Assembly (NCBI GenBank): GCA_902558445.1
Contig: CACEDX010000006.1
Location: 9,389 to 73,388, forward strand
Length of the DNA stretch: 64,000 bases
Direction: 5' to 3'
Source: an uncultured Pelagibacteraceae bacterium
Lineage (GTDB): Bacteria; Pseudomonadota; Alphaproteobacteria; Pelagibacterales; Pelagibacteraceae
In this document: piece after piece, positions 14,025-24,700 of the stretch
Layout of the letters: each line of letters begins with the position of its first letter
How positions within the stretch are numbered: the first letter of the stretch is position 1
Made by a program: the position numbers and the translations under genes
Notes under the pieces: model-generated
What the model saw: the letters and a program-made list of their open reading frames with translations, nothing else
Database searches by the model: none
Told to the model about the DNA's origin: nothing

Positions 14025-14519
14025 CTATTCATCAATTTTGTAAGTTTCATGATAAAAACTTGCTATCAAAATTGCATCAGCTTTATTTGAGTCTTTCTTT
14101 CTCGATAATTGAGATGAAAAATAAGGGAATATTTCTATTGCTCTTGTCCTGCTGGCATCTTTCTCAGAATTTAAAAGATTAAAATATTTTTTCCATTTTG
14201 TGGGCCTTACAAAGTACATGGGTAATTGCATCGCGGTACAAATACCCTTTAAAATTCCAAACGATTGTCCAAAATTAAACATACTAGTAACGCCTTGGCC
14301 AGGCATTGCAGAAACATGTTCAATCACAACTCTAATTTGATTTTTTTCAAATTGTTTAATTCTCTTGGTAATTTCATTATAAACTTGGGAGCCATTTACT
14401 TGTTTTTTATTTTTTTTACCATCTGTCATTATAGGCATTTCGATAACATCTAGGATTTTTCCATTATCTAAAAAACAAATTGAACCAGAAATTCCAGGAT
14501 CTATACCTATTATTAACAT
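14025..14519 (-). CDS. ruvC: RuvC-fold Holliday junction resolvase, phage/MOC1-like rather than canonical RuvC
   Basis: IGIDPG (catalytic Asp), VVIE (catalytic Glu), MPGQGVTSMFNFG, PTKWKK, KDASR, KKDSNKADAILIA; occupies the ruvC slot after yebC. Confidence 0.8.
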   Translation of the reverse strand: MLIIGIDPGISGSICFLDNGKILDVIEMPIMTDGKKNKKQVNGSQVYNEITKRIKQFEKNQIRVVIEHVSAMPGQGVTSMFNFGQSFGILKGICTAMQLPMYFVRPTKWKKYFNLLNSEKDASRTRAIEIFPYFSSQLSRKKDSNKADAILIASFYHETYKIDE

Positions 14520-14522
14520 AAT

Positions 14523-15245
14523 TTAATTTACAAATTCAGCATTAGAATAAACATTTTGTACATCATCATTGTCTTCAAGTAATTCAAAGAAATTTATTAA
14601 ATCTTCATTTTTTTCTTTAGAAATTTTTACACTATTAAGTGGCACCCATTCAATTTCTGTTGATATGAAATTAGTAATTTCTTTTTCTAATTCTTTCTTA
14701 ACATTATAAATTTCACTAACAGGACATTGTATTTCGTGAAAATCATTTTCCGATTTACATTCATCAGCTCCAGCATTAGTAGCTAGCTCAAAAATTTGAT
14801 CATCTGAGACTTCTTTTTTATCGATCTTTATTATACCTAATTGGTTAAAATTATGAGAGGCGGAACCCTGAGTTCCTAGATTGCCACCTGCTTTTTGAAA
14901 AATTGTTCTAATACTGGACGCTGTTCTATTTTTATTATCTGTTAATGCTTCTATTATCACTGCTACTTTTTCTGGTCCAAAGCCCTCATATCTCAAATTT
15001 TCAAAATTTAACTCAGTATTAACTGAAGATTTATCAATTGCTCTTTCAATATTTTCTTTTGGCATATTTGCTGATCTTGCAGCTTGAATCGCAGATCTTA
15101 ATCTTGGATTCATTGCTGGATCTTTATCTCCAAGTTTTGCTGCAACAGTAATTTCTTTCGACAACTTTGAAAAAATTTTAGATCTTTGCTTATCTGCTTT
15201 ACCTTTTTTATGTTTTATTCCTGCCCAATGAGAATGTCCTGCCAT
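14523..15245 (-). CDS. yebC: YebC/PmpR family protein
   Basis: MAGHSHWAGIKHKK, NPRLR, YEGFGP, TDNKNRT, DDVQNVYSN. Confidence 0.96.
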   Translation of the reverse strand: MAGHSHWAGIKHKKGKADKQRSKIFSKLSKEITVAAKLGDKDPAMNPRLRSAIQAARSANMPKENIERAIDKSSVNTELNFENLRYEGFGPEKVAVIIEALTDNKNRTASSIRTIFQKAGGNLGTQGSASHNFNQLGIIKIDKKEVSDDQIFELATNAGADECKSENDFHEIQCPVSEIYNVKKELEKEITNFISTEIEWVPLNSVKISKEKNEDLINFFELLEDNDDVQNVYSNAEFVN

Positions 15246-15252
15246 AAACTAA

Positions 15253-16056
15253 TTAAGTATTCTTTAGCTGACCTCCAAAAACATAGCTTTCAATTTTATT
15301 TGCTAAACCAGTTTTTATATCACAATCAACAATTACTCCACTTAAAGTAGCATCACCAATTGCTGGAAAATGTTTGGTAGACTCTTTTTTCATAAATCTG
15401 TTCAAAGAGTTATCTTTATTCATACCAATAACTGAGTCATAATCACCACACATACCTGCATCTGTTTGATAAGCTGTCCCATTTTTCAAAATTCTTGCAT
15501 CATTTGTTGGAATGTGTGTGTGTGTTCCAACTACTAGAGTAGCTTTACCATCAAAAAAATATCCTATTGCATTTTTTTCACTAGTAATTTCTCCATGAAA
15601 ATCAACAACTAGAAAATCATAATCCTCTTTTAGTTTGTGCTCTTTTAAAAATTTTTCTGAAATCTCAAATACGTCATCGCATTTTTTCATAAAAACATTT
15701 CCCATTAAATTTAAAACACCAATTTTTACATTTTTTTCATTTTGAAAAACTTCAAATCCTTTACCTGGTGCTGGCTCAAATAAATTTTTCGGGCGAAGTA
15801 ACCTATTTTCATTATCGATAAATTTCATAATATCTTTTTGATCCCAAACATGATTACCAGTAGTAATGACATCAACACCACATTTAAAAAAATCCTCACA
15901 GATTTCTTTTGTTAATCCAACTCCTGCCTCAGCTGCATTTTCTCCATTGACAATTACAAAATCAATTTTATTCAATTCTTTTTGGCTTAAAAGATTATTC
16001 AATATTTTTGAACAACCTGAGTTCCCTACCACATCTCCTAAAAATAAAATTCTCAT
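15253..16056 (-). CDS. ymdB: YmdB family metallophosphoesterase (TIGR00282-like)
   Basis: LFLGDVVG, NGENAA, TTGNHVWD, DFHGEITSEK, VGTHTHIPT, TDAGMCG. Confidence 0.93.
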   Translation of the reverse strand: MRILFLGDVVGNSGCSKILNNLLSQKELNKIDFVIVNGENAAEAGVGLTKEICEDFFKCGVDVITTGNHVWDQKDIMKFIDNENRLLRPKNLFEPAPGKGFEVFQNEKNVKIGVLNLMGNVFMKKCDDVFEISEKFLKEHKLKEDYDFLVVDFHGEITSEKNAIGYFFDGKATLVVGTHTHIPTNDARILKNGTAYQTDAGMCGDYDSVIGMNKDNSLNRFMKKESTKHFPAIGDATLSGVIVDCDIKTGLANKIESYVFGGQLKNT

Positions 16057-16595
16057 ATAAAATTTTTATCTGTTACAATAAAATCCAGTTTCATATCATA
16101 TTTGTTAGCCGGTATTTTTTTAACTTTTTGAAAAGAATAAGCTAAACCGATTAATATAATTTTTTTGTTTTTTTTTACCTTCTTAATATACCTATCGTAA
16201 TAACCACCTCCATAACCTATTCTATTTAAATGATTATCAAAAGCTACAAGTGGTACTAAAAGAATACTCGGGTAGACAATTTGATCTGATGAAGGTTCAG
16301 GTATTCCATATTTATTTATTGATAGAGGCTCTTTTGTTGACCAGTATAAAAAATCCATTTGATTATTTTTTTTAATTTTTGGCAATGATATTTGATAACC
16401 AAGTTTTTCAAGTTTACTTAGAATTTGAATTGAATCAACTTCATGATTATATGGATAATAACCACCAATTATTTTTCTATTTACTTTTTCTTTTTTTAAA
16501 ATTTTTACAATATTACTAAATTTTATAACTAAATTTTTATTGTTATTTAGTTTTCTTGCTTTTAATAATTTTTTTCTAATCTCAGATTTATTCAC
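16053..16595 (-). CDS. ygfA: 5-formyltetrahydrofolate cyclo-ligase
   Basis: YGIPEP, VPLVAFD, RIGYGGGYYDR. Confidence 0.94.
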   Translation of the reverse strand: MNKSEIRKKLLKARKLNNNKNLVIKFSNIVKILKKEKVNRKIIGGYYPYNHEVDSIQILSKLEKLGYQISLPKIKKNNQMDFLYWSTKEPLSINKYGIPEPSSDQIVYPSILLVPLVAFDNHLNRIGYGGGYYDRYIKKVKKNKKIILIGLAYSFQKVKKIPANKYDMKLDFIVTDKNFI

Positions 16596-16602
16596 TAGAA
16601 TT

Positions 16603-17049
16603 TTACTTAGAAATATTTTCTAAATTTGCTTTTTCAACAAAACTTGAAATTTCATCAGCAGCTTCGTCAATTAACTTCTCATAACTCTTTTGATTTATTT
16701 CAATTTCATTTTTTAATTTAAGGTGATCTTTATTAAGTGAGTTTATTTCCAGCTCTTTCTTATCTCTATACTCATAAATTAAAGTTTTGAGCTCTTTAAA
16801 TTTATTTGAGAGATCTCTCAACTCATTCTTTTTTTGATCTACTTTTTTTTTAGTTTCATAATATTCATCCATTACTTTAACAGCTGTGATTAACAGAAGT
16901 TTATTCTCTCCAAGATTTCCAAGCTCATTTTTAAGATTATTAAATTTCTGATTGATTTGAATTAATAATTCTTCAAGATGCTCTTCCTGGCCGTCCTCAC
17001 AAGACAACAAAAATTCTTTCCCATTAAACTTAATACTTACGTTTGCCAT
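16603..17049 (-). CDS. zapA: cell division protein ZapA with long coiled-coil tail
   Basis: N-terminus VSIKFNGKEFLLSCEDGQEEHL matches alphaproteobacterial ZapA; position upstream of ygfA. Confidence 0.85.
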   Translation of the reverse strand: MANVSIKFNGKEFLLSCEDGQEEHLEELLIQINQKFNNLKNELGNLGENKLLLITAVKVMDEYYETKKKVDQKKNELRDLSNKFKELKTLIYEYRDKKELEINSLNKDHLKLKNEIEINQKSYEKLIDEAADEISSFVEKANLENISK

Positions 17050-17360
17050 TTATCTATCTCATCTAACAAAATATCTGTTTCTTGATTTAATTCATCAATT
17101 TTTTCAGAAAACTCAATCTGTCTTTTTTGTTCAGCTTTTTCTTGATTTTGTAATTCGTCTAATTTTTTACTTAAACTATTATAATCATTAATTAAACTTT
17201 TATATTTTTCTTCTATTTCTTGCTTTTCAATTTCTAATTGATTTTTTTGACTACTTAAATTCTCTATATTTTTTTTAACGTCTGGGTTTTTTAAGTTTAA
17301 ATTTTTTAATTTTGCTAAAGCTAAATTTAATTTTTTTTCTTTTTCGATCACAGAATTCAT
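17037..17360 (-). CDS. coiled-coil protein upstream of zapA (ZapB/ZauP-like position)
   Basis: 107 aa of heptad-rich sequence, overlapping the zapA start, divergent from tkt. Confidence 0.6.
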   Translation of the reverse strand: MNSVIEKEKKLNLALAKLKNLNLKNPDVKKNIENLSSQKNQLEIEKQEIEEKYKSLINDYNSLSKKLDELQNQEKAEQKRQIEFSEKIDELNQETDILLDEIDKWQT

Positions 17361-17415
17361 ATATATATGATTATATTATTAAATAGAATCTTCTTAGTCT
17401 AGGCAGGATAATTAC

Positions 17416-19347
17416 TTGAATAAACTTTATAAAGAATTAGCGAATTGTATCAGATTTTTGTCTATTGATGCTGTCCAAAAAGCTAATTCTGGGCATCCAG
17501 GTATGCCTATGGGAATGGCTGATGTTGCAACTGTTCTTTTTAAGGATTTCTTAAACTTTAATCCAAAAAATCCAAATTGGATTAATAGAGATAGATTTGT
17601 TCTTTCAGCAGGACATGGTTCTATGCTACTTTACTCGCTCCTCTATCTAACGGGTTATAAAAGTATTTCTTTAAGAGAAATTAAAAAATTTAGACAACTT
17701 AATTCAATATGTGCAGGTCACCCCGAATATCATCCAAACACTGGCATAGAAACTACAACAGGGCCTTTAGGACAGGGAATATCCAATGCAGTTGGTTTTG
17801 CAATCTCGGAAGAAATTTTAAAAAAAAGATTAGGAAAAAAAATTATCAATCATAAAACTTACGTTTTAGCGGGTGATGGTTGCTTGATGGAGGGAATAAG
17901 CCATGAAGCTTTAAGTCTTGCTGGACACCTAAAACTTAAAAACCTGATATTACTTTTTGATAACAATTCAATTTCAATAGATGGTCCAACTAGCTTAGCA
18001 GTCTCTGATGATCATGAAAAAAGGTTTAAAAGCTATGGGTGGAACTATTTAAAAATTAATGGACATAATTTTAAAGAAATAACAAAGGCTCTTAAAAAAG
18101 CACAAAAATCAAAAAAACCTATAGCAATCTCTTGTAAAACTACAATTGGATACGGATCCCCAAATAAGGGTGGTAAAGCCTCATCTCATGGCAGTCCATT
18201 AGGTGAAGATGAAATAAGATTAGTCAGAAAAAAATTGAACTGGCCACACAATACTTTTGAAATTCCAAAAAACTTAATGGATCAATGGAGATCAATCGGT
18301 AAAAAAGCATCAATAAAAGCTAATAAGAATATAAAAAAATTTTCACTAATATTTAATAAAAATACTATCAATGCAGAAATAGAAAAAGCAAAATCAGACT
18401 ACTTAAAAAAATTACAACCATTAGCTACTAGAAAATGTTCAGAAAAATTTTTGGAAATTGCATCCAAACTTCCAAACTTAATTGGTGGATCAGCAGATTT
18501 AGCAGGATCCAATAATACCAAAACCAAAAATCATAAAATTATTCAATCAAATGATTTTTCCGGAAATTATATCCATTTTGGAGTAAGAGAACATGCGATG
18601 TGTGGTATTATGAATGGTATCTCACTTCATAGTGAGCTTGTTCCTTATGGTGGAACTTTTTTAATATTTAGCGACTACTGTAAACCATCAATAAGACTAG
18701 CTGCTATGATGAAACAAAAAGTTATCTATGTTTTTACACATGATTCGATTGGTCTTGGAGAAGATGGACCAACTCATCAACCAATAGAACAATTGACAAG
18801 TTTACGATCAATACCAAATTTGAATATTTTTAGACCCTCTGACTTAATAGAAACTTTTGAGTGTTGGCAATTGGCATTAAATAGCAAAAGTTCTCCAAGC
18901 GTAATAGCCCTAACAAGACAAAGCTTAAATCCAGTTCGTACAAAAAAATCATCAAAAAATTTGTCTTTAGCTGGCGCTTATGAAATTTTAAGAACGAGTA
19001 ATAAAATAAGCGCAACTATTATAGCAACAGGATCTGAAACTAGTCTTGCAATAGACGTTAGTCATAAATTAGCCACAGATGGCATTTACTCAAAAGTAAT
19101 ATCAATGCCTTGCCAGGAATTATTTGATCAACAAAGTGAGATCTACAAAAATAAAATTTTAAATGAAACTAAGCTTGTGATTTCTATAGAGGCCTCTGAA
19201 ACTGGTTATTGGAAAAAATATACTGGCAGCAAAGGACTTAATTTTGGAATTGATGATTTTGGAAAAAGTGCGCCTTATAAAGATATATATAATCACTTTG
19301 GATTAAGCTCAGAGATAATAGTAAAAAAAATTAAAAAAAGATTATGA
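17416..19347 (+). CDS. tkt: transketolase
   Basis: [53 protein letters not shown]. Confidence 0.98.
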   Translation: MNKLYKELANCIRFLSIDAVQKANSGHPGMPMGMADVATVLFKDFLNFNPKNPNWINRDRFVLSAGHGSMLLYSLLYLTGYKSISLREIKKFRQLNSICAGHPEYHPNTGIETTTGPLGQGISNAVGFAISEEILKKRLGKKIINHKTYVLAGDGCLMEGISHEALSLAGHLKLKNLILLFDNNSISIDGPTSLAVSDDHEKRFKSYGWNYLKINGHNFKEITKALKKAQKSKKPIAISCKTTIGYGSPNKGGKASSHGSPLGEDEIRLVRKKLNWPHNTFEIPKNLMDQWRSIGKKASIKANKNIKKFSLIFNKNTINAEIEKAKSDYLKKLQPLATRKCSEKFLEIASKLPNLIGGSADLAGSNNTKTKNHKIIQSNDFSGNYIHFGVREHAMCGIMNGISLHSELVPYGGTFLIFSDYCKPSIRLAAMMKQKVIYVFTHDSIGLGEDGPTHQPIEQLTSLRSIPNLNIFRPSDLIETFECWQLALNSKSSPSVIALTRQSLNPVRTKKSSKNLSLAGAYEILRTSNKISATIIATGSETSLAIDVSHKLATDGIYSKVISMPCQELFDQQSEIYKNKILNETKLVISIEASETGYWKKYTGSKGLNFGIDDFGKSAPYKDIYNHFGLSSEIIVKKIKKRL

Positions 19348-20345
19348 CAGTCAAAATTGGAATAAATGGAATGGGTAGAATTGGAAGAATGATTGTTCGA
19401 TCAATTATCGAGAATAAAAATAAAAATATAGAAATTAAATACATCAATAATAGAACTAATTCTGAAACCTGTTCATCTCTATTAAAATATGACTCTATTC
19501 ACGGAAAATTTAATGCAAAAATAGATTTTGATGAAAACCATATTATTATCAACAAAGATAAAATTTTATTTGGCCAAGAAACAAATTTAAATGATATTAA
19601 TTGGAATAAATATGGAGTGGATTATGTTTTAGAGTGTACAGGTAAATTTAACTCTAAAGAAAAATTACTAGCACATATTAATAATGGTGCAAAAAGAGTT
19701 ATTGTCTCTGCTCCGTGTAAAGATGCTGACAAAACTATTGTATATGGAGTAAATGAGACTGAATTGAAAAAAGAGGATAAGATTATATCTGCTGCTTCTT
19801 GCACAACAAATTGTCTTGCCCCTGTGGCCCATGTTTTAAACGAAAATTTCGAAATTGAAAAAGGGTTCATGACCACAATTCACTCCTTTACAAGTGACCA
19901 AAGAATATTAGATAATTCTCATAAAGACCCAAGAAGAGCCAGGTCGGCAAGCCAGTCTATTGTGCCAACCTCAACAGGTGCATCAAAAGCAATCGGTGAG
20001 ATTATACCTTCCCTTAAAGGTAAATTAGAAGGTGTGGCTATGAGAGTCCCTACGCCTAACGTTTCATTGATTGAACTAGTCTTTTGCACAAAAAAAGACA
20101 TTACAATTGATAAAATTAATTTAGCATTTCAAAATTTTAGCAAAAAAAATAAAATTCTTGAAACTACAAAAGAAAAACTTGTTTCAATCGACTTTAATCA
20201 TAATCCTGCTTCTTCAATAGTAGACGAAAGCTTAACAAAAGTGGTGAGTAAAAATATGGGTAAAATTTCAGCCTGGTATGATAACGAATGGGGTTTCTCA
20301 AATAGAATGTGTGATATTGTAGAATATCTTCATAAGAATTCTTAA
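19344..20345 (+). CDS. gap: type I glyceraldehyde-3-phosphate dehydrogenase
   Basis: [34 protein letters not shown]. Confidence 0.95.
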   Translation: MTVKIGINGMGRIGRMIVRSIIENKNKNIEIKYINNRTNSETCSSLLKYDSIHGKFNAKIDFDENHIIINKDKILFGQETNLNDINWNKYGVDYVLECTGKFNSKEKLLAHINNGAKRVIVSAPCKDADKTIVYGVNETELKKEDKIISAASCTTNCLAPVAHVLNENFEIEKGFMTTIHSFTSDQRILDNSHKDPRRARSASQSIVPTSTGASKAIGEIIPSLKGKLEGVAMRVPTPNVSLIELVFCTKKDITIDKINLAFQNFSKKNKILETTKEKLVSIDFNHNPASSIVDESLTKVVSKNMGKISAWYDNEWGFSNRMCDIVEYLHKNS

Positions 20346-21523
20346 TGAACAATATTAAAGATTGTGAAAATCTTAGTAGTAAGAGAGTTTTATTAAGATT
20401 AGATCTAAACGTCCCTTTGAAAAAAGGTGACATTGTAGACGAGACCAGAATAATTAAAATTATACCTGTTATCGAATTTTTAATAAAAAGAAATGCAAAA
20501 ATTTTAATAATTTCTCATGTCGGACGCCCTAAAGGCAAATTTAATAAAGATCTCTCTCTTAAGCCAATTTGTGATTACTTAGAAAAAAAGATACAAACTA
20601 AAGTCAACTTTATAAGTGAGGACATTTTAAAAATCAAAAGAGATGATTTATTTAAAGAGCCTGAGGAGAAAGTTGTCTTTTTTGAAAACATAAGATTTTA
20701 TGCAGCAGAGGAAAAGAATGAGTCAAATTTTTCAAAACACCTAGCTAGTTTTGCAGATTTGTTCGTAAATGATGCTTTTTCTTGCTCACATAGAACACAT
20801 GCCTCAGTATGCAAAATTACAGAATTTCTGCCATCATTTGCTGGATTACAATTTGAGAGTGAGATAAATGCTTTAAAAAAAGTTACTATTGAAATCAAAA
20901 AACCAATTACTTGTATTATTGGTGGATCAAAAATTTCTACAAAAATAGACATAATCAAAAATTTAATACCTAAATTTAATAACATAATCTTTGTGGGAGG
21001 TATGGCTAACAATATTCTGAGCTTCAAAGGTAATAAAATTGGAAAATCAATTAGTGAGGAAAATTGTGAAAGTACAATACAAGAAATTTTTGAAATTTCA
21101 AAAAATTCACTCTGTGAAGTTACTTATCCAGAAGATGTTTTAATAGGCAAAAGTGCAGATGACGATGCTCAGATAAAAGATCTCAAGGACATAACAGATG
21201 ATGATTTAATCTTAGACGTGGGACCTAAAACACTTAAAAGAATAAAAAATATAATTGAAAATAGCGAAACAGTTCTTTGGAATGGTCCTGCTGGTTATTT
21301 TGAAAACCCAAATTTTGCTAAAGGTAGCATTGAAATTGCAAAAACAATTATTAAAAAAAATAAAAATAATTCAATTTTTTCTGTAGTTGGTGGAGGAGAT
21401 ACTGTGGCAGTTGTTAATCAGCTAAATGCAATTAAAGATTTTAATTTTGTTTCAACTGCTGGTGGTGCTTTTTTAGAATATCTTGAAGGAAAAGAACTTC
21501 CTGGTATAAAAGCCCTAAATTAA
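20345..21523 (+). CDS. pgk: phosphoglycerate kinase
   Basis: RLDLNVP, SHVGRP, ENIRF, NDAFSCSHR, WNGPAG, GGGDT, STAGGAFLE. Confidence 0.97.
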   Translation: MNNIKDCENLSSKRVLLRLDLNVPLKKGDIVDETRIIKIIPVIEFLIKRNAKILIISHVGRPKGKFNKDLSLKPICDYLEKKIQTKVNFISEDILKIKRDDLFKEPEEKVVFFENIRFYAAEEKNESNFSKHLASFADLFVNDAFSCSHRTHASVCKITEFLPSFAGLQFESEINALKKVTIEIKKPITCIIGGSKISTKIDIIKNLIPKFNNIIFVGGMANNILSFKGNKIGKSISEENCESTIQEIFEISKNSLCEVTYPEDVLIGKSADDDAQIKDLKDITDDDLILDVGPKTLKRIKNIIENSETVLWNGPAGYFENPNFAKGSIEIAKTIIKKNKNNSIFSVVGGGDTVAVVNQLNAIKDFNFVSTAGGAFLEYLEGKELPGIKALN

Positions 21524-21524
21524 A

Positions 21525-22532
21525 ATGTCAGAACTAAATAATACAGCATTAAAAATTTTAGGAAACGGTAAAGGAATTTTAGCTGCAGATGAAAGTACTG
21601 CAACAATGACAAAAAGATTAGATAGTGTAAATGTTCCCTCAACCCCAGAAAACAGATTGTTGTTCAGAGAAACGCTTTTTAGCTCATCCTCAATGAAAGA
21701 TTGTATTGGAGGTGTAATTCTTTACGATGAAACAATTAAACAAACATCATCCAAAAAAATTACAATTCCAGAATTAATCTCAGATACAGGCTCATTGCCA
21801 GGTATCAAAGTAGACACAGGAGCAAAAATTTTAGCTGGTTCTCCAGATGAAAAAATTACTGAGGGTCTTGATGGATTAAGGGAAAGATTAAAAGAATATT
21901 ACAAATTAGGTGCAAAATTTACTAAATGGAGAGGTGTTTATAATATAACTAAAAGTTATCCAAGCAAACTCTCAATACACTCTAATGCACATGCATTAGC
22001 GAGATATTCCGCTCTAGTTCAAGAGTGCAATATGGTTCCAATAGTTGAGCCTGAAGTTTTAATGGATGGTGATCATTCTGCTAAAGAGTGTTTAGAAAAA
22101 ACTTCTGAAGTTATAAAAAAATGCTTTGAAGAACTAATAATACACAAAGTAGATTTGAAGGGAATTATACTAAAACCTAATATGATTTTAGCAGGAAATA
22201 GATCTAAAGAAAAAATTACTAATGAGGAAGTGGCAAAATTAACTTTAGAATGTTTAAAATCCTCAGTACCCCCAGAAGTTCCGGGAATAGCTTTTCTGTC
22301 TGGAGGTCAATCCGAAATAGAAGCGACAGAAAACTTGAATTTAATTAATAAACACAATAATACGAACTTTGTAATGAGCTATTCTTACGGGAGGGCTCTT
22401 CAGCAAGGTGCCTTAAAGTATTGGTCAAAAGATATTAAAAATATTGAAGGTACTCAGCAGATTTTTAACCACCGAGCTAAAATGAATACATTAGCTGCTC
22501 AAGGGAAATGGTCAAAAGATCTTGAGATATAA
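21525..22532 (+). CDS. fba: class I (Schiff-base) fructose-bisphosphate aldolase
   Basis: GKGILAADES, GIKVD, KWR, VPIVEPE, LKPNM, FLSGGQSE, SYGRALQ. Confidence 0.96.
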   Translation: MSELNNTALKILGNGKGILAADESTATMTKRLDSVNVPSTPENRLLFRETLFSSSSMKDCIGGVILYDETIKQTSSKKITIPELISDTGSLPGIKVDTGAKILAGSPDEKITEGLDGLRERLKEYYKLGAKFTKWRGVYNITKSYPSKLSIHSNAHALARYSALVQECNMVPIVEPEVLMDGDHSAKECLEKTSEVIKKCFEELIIHKVDLKGIILKPNMILAGNRSKEKITNEEVAKLTLECLKSSVPPEVPGIAFLSGGQSEIEATENLNLINKHNNTNFVMSYSYGRALQQGALKYWSKDIKNIEGTQQIFNHRAKMNTLAAQGKWSKDLEI

Positions 22533-23136
22533 TAAAAAAAGATTTATTTACTTAATATCCCCTTCTAAAATTGAAAAAAATTTTTTTAAAAATTTAAAGG
22601 AAGTATTAAAACAAAAAAAAACAAGTTTTTTTCAACTACGACTCAAAAAAAATAGTTTCAAAAAAAAATTAATAATTGGACGTAAAATTCAAAAGATATG
22701 TAAAAAATTTAAGGTAAAATTTATAATTAACGATGATGTATACCTTGCAAAAAAATTAAATGCCGATGGATGCCATCTTGGTCAAAATGATATGAAAATT
22801 AGAGATGCAAGAAAATTAATTGGAAATAAAATAATTGGAATTACATGTCATAATTCAATTAAATTCGCAAAAATTGCAATAAAAAATAAAGCTGACTATT
22901 TAGCTTTTGGAGCTTTTAATTTATCTAAAACAAAAAAAGTTAAATATAAAGCATCCATAAGTTTACTTAAAAAAGCTCAGAAGATTACAAATATCCCAAT
23001 TGTTGTAATTGGTGGTATTAACTTTAATAATTATAAAAATCTTTTGTTGAATAAGGCAAACTTTTTAGCTATTTCAGGCTACATTTGGAAAAATAAAAAA
23101 CATAAACCAAAGAACGCGATAAAAAAATTAATATGA
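22522..23136 (+). CDS. thiE: thiamine-phosphate synthase
   Basis: QLRLK, IINDD, DGCHLGQND, GITCH, ADYLAFG, VIGGI. Confidence 0.9.
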   Translation: MRYNKKRFIYLISPSKIEKNFFKNLKEVLKQKKTSFFQLRLKKNSFKKKLIIGRKIQKICKKFKVKFIINDDVYLAKKLNADGCHLGQNDMKIRDARKLIGNKIIGITCHNSIKFAKIAIKNKADYLAFGAFNLSKTKKVKYKASISLLKKAQKITNIPIVVIGGINFNNYKNLLLNKANFLAISGYIWKNKKHKPKNAIKKLI

Positions 23137-23693
23137 AAATTAATGCAGGTGAAATTAGAGTGGGCATGTTGCTAGAATATAAAAATGATTTGTGGCAGGT
23201 GCTTAAAACACAGCATGTCAAACCTGGAAAAGGTGGAGCATTTGCACAAGTGGAGATGAAGAGTGTAAACAAAAATACTAAACTTAATGAAAGATTTAGA
23301 TCCAGTGAAACTATTGAAAAAGCCTCATTAGAAGAAACTAATTTTACATTTTCATATGAAGACCAGGAAAAGTACTTTTTTATGAATCCAAAAAATTTTG
23401 AACAAACAGAAATTCAAAAAAGTCTAATAGGTGAAAAAGGGAAATTATTGACTGAAAATCTTGAAGTAACAATAAGTTTTTATAATGATAACCCAATTTC
23501 TGTGAATTTACCAAACCAAGTAGCTTGTAAAATTGAAACTACAGATGCTGCATTAAAAGGTCAAACTGTTTCATCATCTTATAAACCTGCAGTTTTAGAC
23601 AATGGATTAAATATTCAGGTACCACCATTTATTGAGGCAGGAGATAATGTTGTCATAGATACCAGAAATTTGGAATACATTAAGAAGATTTAA
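23133..23693 (+). CDS. efp: elongation factor P
   Basis: HVKPGKGGAF loop (Lys type), KPAVLDNG, VPPFI. Confidence 0.97.
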   Translation: MKINAGEIRVGMLLEYKNDLWQVLKTQHVKPGKGGAFAQVEMKSVNKNTKLNERFRSSETIEKASLEETNFTFSYEDQEKYFFMNPKNFEQTEIQKSLIGEKGKLLTENLEVTISFYNDNPISVNLPNQVACKIETTDAALKGQTVSSSYKPAVLDNGLNIQVPPFIEAGDNVVIDTRNLEYIKKI

Positions 23694-23696
23694 TTC

Positions 23697-24434
23697 ATGA
23701 ATTCGATATCAGCAAATCTCAATGTGATGATAAAGGCATGTGAAAAAGCATCTAAAATTTTGATAAGAGATTTTGGTGAATTAGAGAAGTTACAAGTTTC
23801 CAAAAAAGGACCAAGAGATTTTGTAACTAATTCTGATGTTAAAGCAGAAAAAATAATTATAGAGGAACTTAAAAAGGCAAGACCAAACTATTCAATCATT
23901 AGTGAAGAGAATGGTGTTGAAAATAATAAAGATACTTCTAATTCATGGATAATTGATCCTATTGATGGAACAATTAATTTTTTACATGGAATACCACATT
24001 TTGCGATATCTATCGCACTGAAATCAAACGATGAGATTATATGTGGATTGATTTTTGATCCTATTAAAGATGAAATGTTTTACGCTGAAAAGAATAATGG
24101 AGCTTTTTTTAATAATCAGCGAATAAGAGTTTCAAAAAAAAATAATTTGGATGAATGTTTATTTGCAGTTGGAAAGTTAAAGAATGAACCGAGCTTTACT
24201 TATAGAAGATCTGGATGTGCTGCACTTGATATTGCATACGTTGCATCTGGAAGACTAGATGGATATGCACAAAGTAACTTAAATTTATGGGACATAGCAG
24301 CAGGTATTGTTTTAGTAAAAGAAGCAGGTGGAATGATTAATGATATTGATCTAAATAATATTAAAAATATAAAAGTTTTGGCTTCATCAGCAGAAATTAA
24401 TACTAAATTTAAAGAAAAACTGGGCAACTTTTAA
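23697..24434 (+). CDS. suhB: inositol monophosphatase family protein SuhB
   Basis: [22 protein letters not shown]. Confidence 0.92.
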   Translation: MNSISANLNVMIKACEKASKILIRDFGELEKLQVSKKGPRDFVTNSDVKAEKIIIEELKKARPNYSIISEENGVENNKDTSNSWIIDPIDGTINFLHGIPHFAISIALKSNDEIICGLIFDPIKDEMFYAEKNNGAFFNNQRIRVSKKNNLDECLFAVGKLKNEPSFTYRRSGCAALDIAYVASGRLDGYAQSNLNLWDIAAGIVLVKEAGGMINDIDLNNIKNIKVLASSAEINTKFKEKLGNF

Positions 24435-24469
24435 TTGTTTTAAAAATTTCTTTTGTTATAAGTCTCGTG

Positions 24470-24700
24470 ATGAAAAAAAAAATACACCCTAATTACCATT
24501 CTATAAAAGTTGAAATGACAGATGGTTCACAATTTGAGACAAGATCTACTTGGGGGGCAGAGGGAGATGTTCTTAAATTAGAAATTGATCCAAAATCACA
24601 TTCTGCGTGGACAGGTGGAAAACAAAAGTTATTAGATAAAGGTCGAATAAGTAAATTCAATAAAAAATTCCAAAACTTTAGATCAGAAAATAAAAGCTAA
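24470..24700 (+). CDS. rpmE: 50S ribosomal protein L31 (cysteine-free type)
   Basis: [35 protein letters not shown]; no zinc-binding Cys. Confidence 0.95.
   Translation: MKKKIHPNYHSIKVEMTDGSQFETRSTWGAEGDVLKLEIDPKSHSAWTGGKQKLLDKGRISKFNKKFQNFRSENKS

Noticed and set aside
15513-15525. (TG)6 microsatellite in ymdB
   Set aside because: It encodes the conserved THTH metal-binding motif, so it is a coding artefact, not a contingency locus.
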